Source: Oscillospiraceae bacterium (GTDB lineage: Bacteria > Bacillota > Clostridia > Oscillospirales > Oscillospiraceae). Taken from it: a stretch of 55,964 nucleotides of DNA. The stretch spans positions 1 through 55,964 of the forward strand of contig JAGBVD010000056.1 of the NCBI GenBank assembly GCA_017630495.1. Reading direction: 5' to 3'. The notes beneath the pieces were generated by a model that did no database searches, had not been told where the DNA came from, and worked only from the letters and a program-made list of their open reading frames with translations. The position numbers and the translations under genes were made by a program. This document shows positions 25,857 through 33,831 of this stretch, piece after piece. Position 1 is the first letter of the stretch; the number at the start of each line of letters is the position of its first letter.

Positions 25857-27422
25857 TTACTTGGCGAGCAGTGTGGTGAAGTTCTCCAGGTTCTGGCACA
25901 GTTCCTTCTGGAACCGGGCAGCAGGAGTACCGTCCACAGCGCGGTGGTCATAAGTCAGGCTGAGGCCCATAGCCGGGTAGACAGTGATAGAACCGTCAGC
26001 AGCCTTGCGCACACGGTCGATGGTACCGCAAACGCCCAAAATACCGGTCTGGGGAGGATTGATAACGGGAGTGAAGGACTCAACACCCAGATTGCCCAGG
26101 TTGGAGACAGTGAAGCTGCCGCCGGAGAGCTTGTCGGGGCTGATGTTGCCTTCGCGGCACTCTGCAGCCAGCTGCTTGACAGCCTTGGAGATCTCCAGCA
26201 GGCTCATCTGGTCAGCATTGAAGATGGTGGGAACCATCAAACCGCGGGGAGTGTCAACAGCAACGCCCAGGTTGACATGCTTGAACTGACGGATGGTGTT
26301 GTCGTCCAGCATATTGGCGTTCAGGTCGGGGTGATTGAGCACAGTGCGGGAAACAGCATACAAAATGATGTCGCCCAGAGTGATGCCTGCATACTCATCA
26401 CCGGCAGCCTTCAGAGCCTTACGGTAGTTGAGGATTGCGGTGGCATCGAAGGAGGTGCTGTGGGTCAGCTGAGCCATGGTGGACAGAGAGGTTGTCATGG
26501 ACTTGCTGATGGCGCGGCGGATACCGCTGAACTTCACATCCTCGTAAGCAGGGCCGTCGCATACTGCCACAGTCTTGGCAGCGGGAACACCCTGGTCGAT
26601 GAGCTTCTGGACATCTCTTTCAATGATACGGCCTTCCGGACCGGTACCAACTGCCAAAGATGCGTCAACACCGGCAGCCTTTGCCAGCTTTGCAGCTCTG
26701 GGAGATACGGGAGCGCCGGGTACGATCTGTGCAGCAGGTGCAGCAGCTTCAGCAGCAGGTGCAGCAGCGGCAGCAGGAGCAGCTTCCTCAACAACAACGG
26801 GAGCAGCACCGGGCTTCAGGCAGTCAGTAGGCTCGCCCTTAGGACCGACAGCGCAGACATTTTCCAGGCAGGGAACTTCCTCGCCCTCTTCAAAGAAGAT
26901 TGCCAGCAGTTCGCCTTCTTCGGTGGACTCGCACTCGAAGGAAGCCTTGTCAGTTTCGTAAGTAAACAGGACATCGCCGATCTTGATCTGATCACCGACC
27001 TGCTTGAGCCACTCACCGATGATGCAGCTTTCCACAGTGATGCCGGCCTTGGGCATAATAACAGCTCTTGCCTTGGTGTTGGCAGGTGCAGTAGCGGCAG
27101 CAGCAGGTGCAGCAGCGGCTGCGGCAGCGGGTGCCTCCTCCTGTGCAGCGGCGCTACCGCCCTTCAGAGCGGAGCAATCCTCGCCGGGGTTACCGACAGC
27201 ACAGACATTGACCAGGCAGGGCACTTCTTCGCCTTCCTCGAAGAAGATCTCCAGCAGAGTGCCCTCTGCAGTGGACTCGCACTCGAAGGAAGCCTTGTCA
27301 GTTTCATAAGTAAACAGAACATCGCCGACCTTAACGGGATCGCCGACTTTTTTCACCCACTCACCAATGATACAGCTCTCCACTGTAATACCGGCCTTGG
27401 GCATGATGACAGCATTTGCCAT
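25857..27422 (-). CDS. Dihydrolipoamide acyltransferase (E2) with two lipoyl domains
   Basis: Two ETDKA lipoylation sites, Ala/Pro linkers, peripheral-subunit-binding domain (SPRA..GTGPEGRI..RD), catalytic SNLG and DHRAVDG. Confidence 0.93.
   Translation of the reverse strand: MANAVIMPKAGITVESCIIGEWVKKVGDPVKVGDVLFTYETDKASFECESTAEGTLLEIFFEEGEEVPCLVNVCAVGNPGEDCSALKGGSAAAQEEAPAAAAAAAPAAAATAPANTKARAVIMPKAGITVESCIIGEWLKQVGDQIKIGDVLFTYETDKASFECESTEEGELLAIFFEEGEEVPCLENVCAVGPKGEPTDCLKPGAAPVVVEEAAPAAAAAPAAEAAAPAAQIVPGAPVSPRAAKLAKAAGVDASLAVGTGPEGRIIERDVQKLIDQGVPAAKTVAVCDGPAYEDVKFSGIRRAISKSMTTSLSTMAQLTHSTSFDATAILNYRKALKAAGDEYAGITLGDIILYAVSRTVLNHPDLNANMLDDNTIRQFKHVNLGVAVDTPRGLMVPTIFNADQMSLLEISKAVKQLAAECREGNISPDKLSGGSFTVSNLGNLGVESFTPVINPPQTGILGVCGTIDRVRKAADGSITVYPAMGLSLTYDHRAVDGTPAARFQKELCQNLENFTTLLAK
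26844..27413 (-). repeat. Intragenic duplication of the lipoyl domain
   Basis: Copies at 27192-27413 and 26844-27065; 65/74 aa identical by manual alignment. Confidence 0.9.
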
Positions 27423-27435
27423 GATATATCCTCCT

Positions 27436-27484
27436 TGTTATGTTATAGCCTGTTAATTATAACTTATCTTAACAATTCAGTCAA
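27436..27484 (-). promoter_or_regulatory. Promoter of the E2-E1-MBL operon overlaid with TGTTA/TAACA sites
   Basis: TTGACT(27484-27479)-17-TATAAT(27461-27456); TGTTA at 27436, 27441 (TGTTATA) and 27451; TAACA at 27470. Confidence 0.7.
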
Positions 27485-27507
27485 TAACTATTTTGGATTT
27501 TCCAACG

Positions 27508-27545
27508 AAAAAACCCGGAAAAACAGTTTGTTTTTCCGGGTTTTA
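27508..27545 (-). terminator. Terminator after the DeoR-family gene
   Basis: AAAAACCCGGAAAAACA-GTT-TGTTTTTCCGGGTTTTT. Confidence 0.8.
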
Positions 27546-27548
27546 CCC

Positions 27549-28298
27549 TTAAAGCAAAATTACATTGTTTTCTTTGGCCGCCCGGACGAAATTATCCGGT
27601 GCCGGAGCGTCGGTGATTACATAATCCACATCCGAAAGATTGGCAAAGGTATAAGGCATCAAGCAGTTGAATTTCTCCTGGCCGCACATCACAACGCTGG
27701 TCCGGGCCTTGCTGATGACCAGTCGTTTTACCAGCATATCCCCTTCCGTGCCGCAGGTGAAGCCTGCGTCCACAGAGCAGCCGGACACACCGATAAAGGC
27801 AAGGTCAATGTTGATCTTTTCCAACATTTCCAGGGTGTTTTGACCGTATAATGCCAGATTTTTCCGGTTTATCGTACCACAGCACAATGTTACCACCGGA
27901 TTGTGCAGACGGCAAAGTTCCAATGCGATGCTGGGGCCGGTGGTGAAAATATTGATATTGATGTCCGGCATATTCTTTACCAGAGAGAGGTTGGTTGTGC
28001 TGGCATCCAGGAACACAGCCGAGTGAGGCTGGATCAGCTCCATGGCTTTTTTCGCCATTGCCACCTTACCGGCATTGTTCTCCCGCATACGCACATTAAA
28101 CTCCGGATCACCGGTAAGACGGACGGATTTCGCGCCGCCACGGAACTTGATAATGCTGCCGTTTTTCTCCAAAGCATCCAAGTCCCGATGGATGGTCATC
28201 AGAGACACTTCCGGGAACAGTTCGCACAGCTCTTTGATGGTCACAATATTCTTTTCTTCGATATATTCCCGTATCTGTTCCTGCCGAATGCTGTACAT
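27549..28298 (-). CDS. DeoR/GlpR-family transcriptional regulator
   Basis: N-terminal HTH VSLMTIHRDL..L..G...RGGA; C-terminal FLDASTT, DLAFIG, DYVITD. Confidence 0.93.
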   Translation of the reverse strand: MYSIRQEQIREYIEEKNIVTIKELCELFPEVSLMTIHRDLDALEKNGSIIKFRGGAKSVRLTGDPEFNVRMRENNAGKVAMAKKAMELIQPHSAVFLDASTTNLSLVKNMPDININIFTTGPSIALELCRLHNPVVTLCCGTINRKNLALYGQNTLEMLEKINIDLAFIGVSGCSVDAGFTCGTEGDMLVKRLVISKARTSVVMCGQEKFNCLMPYTFANLSDVDYVITDAPAPDNFVRAAKENNVILL

Positions 28299-28311
28299 AG
28301 AAGCCTCCAGA

Positions 28312-28367
28312 TGTTATAATTTTAACAAGATATAACAAATATAACATTTATAACATCTGTTTGTCAA
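28312..28367 (-). promoter_or_regulatory. Promoter of the DeoR-family gene with a tandem TATAACA array (autoregulatory operator candidate)
   Basis: TGTTATA 28312, TTTAACA 28321, TATAACA at 28331, 28340 and 28349; -35 TTGACA at 28367-28362. Confidence 0.65.
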
Positions 28368-28383
28368 TACCTATTTTGTGCGC

Positions 28384-28415
28384 AAAAAACAGGGCAGATT
28401 TCTCTGCCCTGCTCT
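28384..28415 (-). terminator. Terminator after ackA
   Basis: CAGGGCAGA-TTTC-TCTGCCCTG with an A-run on the + strand (U-tail on -). Confidence 0.7.
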
Positions 28416-28428
28416 TATATTTATCCAA

Positions 28429-29613
28429 TTACTTCTTTGCCAGCTCGGCGGTGTCCTGAGCGATCATCAGTTCCTCGTTGGTGGGAACGACCCAGACCTG
28501 CACCTTGGAGTCGGGAGTGGAGATCATCAGTTCCTTGCCGCGAGCCTTATTCAGCTCTGCGTCGATCTTAACGCCCATAAAGCCCAGATACTCACAAACT
28601 GCAGCACGGACAGCGCAGTCGTTTTCGCCAACACCGGCGGTGAAGGTCAGCACATCAATGCCGTTGAGGGCAGCAGCGTAAGCGCCAACATACTTGGCAA
28701 CCTCGTAGCAGAACTTGTCGCGAGCCAGAGCGCAATTTTCGTTGCCGTCCTTTGCGCCGTCTTCCAGATCACGGAAGTCAGAGGAAACACCGGACATTGC
28801 CAGCATACCGGACTTCTTGTTGAGCATATTCAGGCACTCGTCAACGCTCATATTGTACTTGTTGCAGATGAACTGCACAACAGCGGCGTCGATATCACCG
28901 GAGCGGGTACCCATGGGAACACCGGCCAGAGGAGTCAGACCCATGGTGGTATCCTGGCACTTGCCGTCCTTAACAGCAGACATGGAAGAGCCGTTGCCCA
29001 GGTGGCAGTTGACCATCTTGAACTCGGTCTTGCCAACCAGCTGTGCGGTGCGCTTTGCCACATACTTGTGGGAAGTGCCGTGGAAGCCGTAACGACGGAT
29101 GGAGTCGTTCTCATAGTACTCGGTGGGGATGGCATAACGGTATGCCTTGGGAGGCATAGTCATGTGGAAAGCGGTATCAAACACAGCAACCTGGGGAGTG
29201 TTGGGCATAACCGCCTGGCAAGCCTCGATACCCATCAGGTTTGCGGGGTTGTGGAGAGGTCCGAGAGGAATGCACTTCTTGATAGCCTTGATAACCTCGT
29301 CGTTGATGACGCAGGAATCAAAGAATTCCATACCGCCGTGGAGCACGCGGTGGCCAACAGCATCGATCTCGTCAACGGACTTGATCACGCCGTGCTCTGC
29401 ATCCTGCAGGATCTCCAGGGTAGCAGCAATGGCCTCGGAGTGGGTGGGCATAGGAATGTCCTTAACCACCTTGTTCTCGCCAACCTTGTGGTTCAGGCGG
29501 CCGTCAATGCCAATACGCTCGCACAGACCCTTGGCGGAGACAACACCGGTCTCGGGATCCATCAGCTGGTACTTAAGGCTGGAGCTGCCTGCGTTGATAA
29601 TCAAAATGTTCAT
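28429..29613 (-). CDS. ackA: Acetate kinase
   Basis: INAGSSSLKY, GHRVLHGG, PLHNPAN, FDTAFH, RRYGFHGTSH, CHLGNGSS, FTAGVGEN, PTNEELMIA. Confidence 0.98.
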   Translation of the reverse strand: MNILIINAGSSSLKYQLMDPETGVVSAKGLCERIGIDGRLNHKVGENKVVKDIPMPTHSEAIAATLEILQDAEHGVIKSVDEIDAVGHRVLHGGMEFFDSCVINDEVIKAIKKCIPLGPLHNPANLMGIEACQAVMPNTPQVAVFDTAFHMTMPPKAYRYAIPTEYYENDSIRRYGFHGTSHKYVAKRTAQLVGKTEFKMVNCHLGNGSSMSAVKDGKCQDTTMGLTPLAGVPMGTRSGDIDAAVVQFICNKYNMSVDECLNMLNKKSGMLAMSGVSSDFRDLEDGAKDGNENCALARDKFCYEVAKYVGAYAAALNGIDVLTFTAGVGENDCAVRAAVCEYLGFMGVKIDAELNKARGKELMISTPDSKVQVWVVPTNEELMIAQDTAELAKK

Positions 29614-29748
29614 AGGTTTTTCCTCCTAAAATAATTTGATTTTCTTTCATTTTGTGATAAGATAACCATATGTAAACTTATTGTATAATAAATTCCAAAA
29701 TTTCTCAACCCCTGAAAACGATTTTTTTACCGGAAAGGTGGGTTATTT

Positions 29749-30888
29749 TTGAAAATCACCGGAATTATATGCGAATACAACCCCCTGCACCTGGGTCACA
29801 AAAAGCAAATGGACACCATTGCCGCATTGCAAGGACCGGAAAACAGCATCGTTTGCTTGATGAGCGGCAACTTTGTCCAGCGGGGTGCGCCGGCCATCAT
29901 CGACAAATCCTTACGGGCAAAAGCCGCCCTTTTAAGCGGCGCTGATCTGGTGCTGGAGCTGCCGGTTACCGCTGCCGTAGATTCTGCAGAGGGTTTTGCA
30001 AGCAAAGGCGTATCCGTTTTAGCAAGCTTTTGCAGCCATTTATGCTTTGGCGCAGAAACCGATGATGCCGCTGCGCTTGTACGCACCGCCCAGGCGCTTC
30101 TTTCCCCGGACTTTCCGGCTGCGCTGCACACAGCCCTGGATAAAGGTCTGTCCTTCCCTGCCGCCCGGCAGGAAGCGCTGGAGGCAATGGGCATTGACGG
30201 GCAACTGCTGACAAAGCCAAATAATATTCTGGCGGTGGAGTACTGCAAAGCGATCCTTTCTCAAAACAGCAAGATACAGCCTTTGCCCATTTTGCGGCAA
30301 GGGAATTATCACGATGCTGCTCCCGATCCGGAGAATCCCTCTGCCACCGCCTTGCGGCAGCTGATGGCGCAAGGCCAGGATTGGGAATCCTTTGTTCCGG
30401 CAGCAGCCCGGGAGTGTTTCGCAGGAGCAACGCTGCACACCACCGCCAATGCCGAACGGGCAATTCTGGCAAAACTGCGCACGATGACCGATGAGGATTT
30501 TGCTGCGCTGCCCTTTGGCTCGGAGGGTCTTTGGCGGAAGCTGATGCACGCCGCAAGAGAAAAGGCCACCCTGGAGGATATTTTAACCGCCACAAAGTCC
30601 AAGCGCTATACCCGTTCCCGGCTGGACCGGATGGTGCTGTGTGCATTTCTCGGTATTACCCAGGCCGATCTGGACGCGCCGATTCCTTATGTGCGGGTCC
30701 TGGCCCTCAATGATAAAGGCCGGGAGATCCTGAAACTGGCCAGAAAAACCGGTCATTTCCCCAACATTGGAGAAACCCAGGACAATCCGTATCAGCTGCT
30801 GGAAAACCGGTGTGATGCTCTTTATGGCTTGTTTGCCGACCAAATGCCAGAAGCACCGGGAAACCGACACAGAATTGTAAAATTTTAA
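29749..30888 (+). CDS. tmcAL: tRNA(Met) cytidine acetate ligase / YlbM nucleotidyltransferase
   Basis: GIICEYNPLHLGH, MSGNFVQRG, GADLVLELP, PNNILAVEY, SATALR, KSKRYT; divergent from ackA. Confidence 0.88.
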   Translation: MKITGIICEYNPLHLGHKKQMDTIAALQGPENSIVCLMSGNFVQRGAPAIIDKSLRAKAALLSGADLVLELPVTAAVDSAEGFASKGVSVLASFCSHLCFGAETDDAAALVRTAQALLSPDFPAALHTALDKGLSFPAARQEALEAMGIDGQLLTKPNNILAVEYCKAILSQNSKIQPLPILRQGNYHDAAPDPENPSATALRQLMAQGQDWESFVPAAARECFAGATLHTTANAERAILAKLRTMTDEDFAALPFGSEGLWRKLMHAAREKATLEDILTATKSKRYTRSRLDRMVLCAFLGITQADLDAPIPYVRVLALNDKGREILKLARKTGHFPNIGETQDNPYQLLENRCDALYGLFADQMPEAPGNRHRIVKF

Positions 30889-30967
30889 AAAAGGGGGGTA
30901 TTTCCCCCCTTTTCATTTTCCCCATTTTATAGTAAAATAATGATAGCTTATTTACAGGAGATCGGCT

Positions 30968-33175
30968 ATGACAGAAATGGAAATTTTACAGGGCGCTATC
31001 GGTGGCATTGTCTATCAAAACTATGACAATGGCTATGCCATTTTGCGCCTTCTTTGCCAGGATGGCCAAACTGTAACCGTCGTTGGCACGATTCCTATGC
31101 CTGTCATCGGTGAGCGGCTGATCGTCACCGGAAAATGGAAAAATCATCCCAGCTATGGCCGTCAGTTTGAAGCGGAATTTCTGGAACGGCTGATGCCCCA
31201 GAGTGCCCAAGAAATTCAGAATTATCTGTCCGGACGGGTAATCAAAGGCATTGGCCCCAAAACCGCCGCAAAAATCGTTCTTCATTTTGGTGAGGATACC
31301 TTGCGCATTATGGAGCAGGAGCCGCACCGTCTGGCAGAAATTGCCGGGATCACTGCCGCAAAGGCCGCAGATATCGGTCAGGCTTTCCGGCAGCAGATGG
31401 GTATTCGGCACATTATGGAATTTTTTACGCTTCATCATCTGCCTGCGGAGTTGGCCATCAAAACCTACCGGCTATACGGTGACAGCACCATCGATATGCT
31501 CTACGACGACCCGTATCTTCTGATGGACGAGGAGCTGGATGCTCCCTTCGGCGCGGTGGACCAGTTTGCCATTGAACTGGGTGTTAACGGAGATGATCCC
31601 CGACGGGTGGAAGCCGGTGTTCTGTTTGAACTGCGGTATAACCTCACCGCAGGACACAGTTTTTTGCCGGAGCAAAAGCTGGTGGAAGCCACCGCCAGCC
31701 TGCTGTCTGTCTCTACCGATACCATTGATCGTTGCATTGAGCAGCTGCTGCACAGCAACCGTCTGGCAGCGGAGCATCTGGCAGGCATCGATGTGATCTA
31801 TCTTCCCGATTTGTATGATGCAGAGGTTTTCTGCACCAATCGGCTCATTTCCTTGTCACAAAAGGAATATAAAGCGCCCTCTGCATTGCCTAAATATCTG
31901 GAGAAAGCTTCCAAAAGCAGTGGTTTTGCATATTCCAAGCAGCAAATCCAGGCCATTTCCCTGGCCGCTACCTCCGGTCTTTTGATCATCACCGGCGGCC
32001 CCGGTACCGGTAAAACCACCATTTTAAACGGCATTTTACGGCTCTACGACCAAATGGGTCTTACCTACCTGCTGGCCGCTCCCACCGGGCGTGCCGCCAA
32101 GCGGCTGTCAGAGGTGACCGGTGAGGATGCCTCTACCATCCACCGTCTTTTGGAAACAGGCATTGACCGGCACACCGGAAAATTGGTCTTTTGCAGGGAT
32201 GCATCCAATCCACTGCGGGCCGATGCGGTGATCGTGGATGAGATGTCTATGGTGGATATCTCCCTGCTGTACAGCCTGATGCAGGCCCTGCCGGAAAAAT
32301 GCAGACTGATTCTGGTGGGCGATCCGGATCAGCTGCCGCCGGTCGGCCCCGGATTCCCCCTGAGTGATATTCTTCGAAGCAATATGCTCCCCAGCATCCG
32401 GCTGACGGAGATCTTCCGGCAAGCACAAAAAAGTCTGATCGTTATGAACGCCCACCGGGTCAACCAGGGGCAAATGCCGGTGCTGACAGATGTGAAAAAT
32501 GATTTCTTCTTTTTGGGTGCAAACAGCGAAGAAGCCGTTGCCCAGACGATCGTAGGCCTTTGCTCTACCCGTCTGCCCCAAAAAATGGGGATCCCATCTG
32601 AACAAATTCAGGTGCTGACCCCCACGAAAAAGGGTTTTGCCGGTACGGTAAATCTGAACAAACTCCTGCAGCAAAGCTTGAATCCGCCCTCCCCTGCCAA
32701 ACGGGAACGGGCCTTTGGCGAATTCGTTTTCCGGGAAGGCGACCGGGTAATGCAGATTCGCAACAACTATGATATTCTCTGGACCAAAACTGACGGCAGT
32801 GCCGTTGGTGAGGGTATGTTTAACGGAGATGTGGGCATTATCCGGGAAATCGATACTGCTATGGAACAGCTGACCGTGGTCTTTGATGACCGGGAAGCCA
32901 CTTATGATTTTGACCAGTTAAATGAGCTGGAGCTTGCCTACGCAATGACTGTTCACAAAAGCCAGGGCAGTGAATACCGGGCGGTGATTTTAGCGGCCTG
33001 GGGCGGTTCTGCATATCTGCTCAACCGCAGCATTCTTTACACCGCCATTACCCGGGCCCGGGAACTGATGGTGACTGTTGGCCGGGAAGAAACCGTGGCA
33101 GTTATGACCCAGAATGCCAAAGTGGGCCGTCGCTACACCGGACTAAAGCTACGGCTGCAGAAAGAAGGTAAATAG
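30968..33175 (+). CDS. recD2: ATP-dependent RecD2 helicase
   Basis: N-terminal OB/HhH region (IKGIGPKTA), GGPGTGKTT, APTGRAAKR, VDEMSM, GDPDQLPPVG, YAMTVHKSQGSE, YTAITRA. Confidence 0.95.
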   Translation: MTEMEILQGAIGGIVYQNYDNGYAILRLLCQDGQTVTVVGTIPMPVIGERLIVTGKWKNHPSYGRQFEAEFLERLMPQSAQEIQNYLSGRVIKGIGPKTAAKIVLHFGEDTLRIMEQEPHRLAEIAGITAAKAADIGQAFRQQMGIRHIMEFFTLHHLPAELAIKTYRLYGDSTIDMLYDDPYLLMDEELDAPFGAVDQFAIELGVNGDDPRRVEAGVLFELRYNLTAGHSFLPEQKLVEATASLLSVSTDTIDRCIEQLLHSNRLAAEHLAGIDVIYLPDLYDAEVFCTNRLISLSQKEYKAPSALPKYLEKASKSSGFAYSKQQIQAISLAATSGLLIITGGPGTGKTTILNGILRLYDQMGLTYLLAAPTGRAAKRLSEVTGEDASTIHRLLETGIDRHTGKLVFCRDASNPLRADAVIVDEMSMVDISLLYSLMQALPEKCRLILVGDPDQLPPVGPGFPLSDILRSNMLPSIRLTEIFRQAQKSLIVMNAHRVNQGQMPVLTDVKNDFFFLGANSEEAVAQTIVGLCSTRLPQKMGIPSEQIQVLTPTKKGFAGTVNLNKLLQQSLNPPSPAKRERAFGEFVFREGDRVMQIRNNYDILWTKTDGSAVGEGMFNGDVGIIREIDTAMEQLTVVFDDREATYDFDQLNELELAYAMTVHKSQGSEYRAVILAAWGGSAYLLNRSILYTAITRARELMVTVGREETVAVMTQNAKVGRRYTGLKLRLQKEGK

Positions 33176-33178
33176 CCA

Positions 33179-33814
33179 ATGCTTTCCTTTCTCTTTCCGC
33201 GAAAATGCGTTTTGTGCAGAAGCCTCCTGACCAGCAAGGAAACCGAGCTGTGCCACAATTGCCGCTGCACTGTAAAATCTCATCCCAAAGCAAAAAGAAT
33301 GATTCCTTTTGTTGCACAATGGACAGCAATGTGGTATTATAAAGGAAATGTACGCAAAAGCATCCAACGGTTTAAATTTTACAACTGCAGAAGCAATGCC
33401 GTGGCCTACGGCAGATTGCTGGCACTAAAGCTGCTGGAGCAGGATTTCCAGGCCCCGGATATGATCACCTGGGTGCCGATCTCCTCCCGGCGTCGTTTTG
33501 CCAGAGGGTATGACCAATCCCAGCTTCTGGCCGATGCTCTTGGCAAAGAACTGGGTATTGCGGTGGTGTCCACATTGAAGAAAATCCGTCATACCAAACC
33601 CCAATCCGGCATTGCAGATGCCGCCCAGCGGCGGGCCAATGTGCTGGGTGCGTATAAAGTGAAAAATCCCCAAGCAGTCGCAGGCAAACGGATTTTGCTG
33701 GTGGATGATGTGATCACCACCGGCGCTACCGCCTCCGAGTGTGCAAAGACACTTTTGGCCGGTGGTGCAGCGCAGATTCATTTTGTTGCGATTGCCGCTA
33801 CATCTAATGATTAA
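33179..33814 (+). CDS. comF: ComF-family protein (zinc ribbon plus phosphoribosyltransferase)
   Basis: CVLC..CHNC, RGYDQS, LLVDDVITTGAT. Confidence 0.9.
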   Translation: MLSFLFPRKCVLCRSLLTSKETELCHNCRCTVKSHPKAKRMIPFVAQWTAMWYYKGNVRKSIQRFKFYNCRSNAVAYGRLLALKLLEQDFQAPDMITWVPISSRRRFARGYDQSQLLADALGKELGIAVVSTLKKIRHTKPQSGIADAAQRRANVLGAYKVKNPQAVAGKRILLVDDVITTGATASECAKTLLAGGAAQIHFVAIAATSND

Positions 33815-33831
33815 AAAAGCAGGTGAACAAT

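Noticed and set aside
26720-27160. GCAGCA-rich repeats, and the GAC/GAT-rich tract near 35860-35940
   Set aside because: They encode Ala/Pro linkers of E2 and an acidic protein tract; not independent DNA repeats.
23364-27422. Naming E1/E2 pdhAB/pdhC, bkd or acoABC, and naming the neighbours nagA/nagB
   Set aside because: Families are clear but substrates are not; motifs and context deviate from the canonical enzymes.
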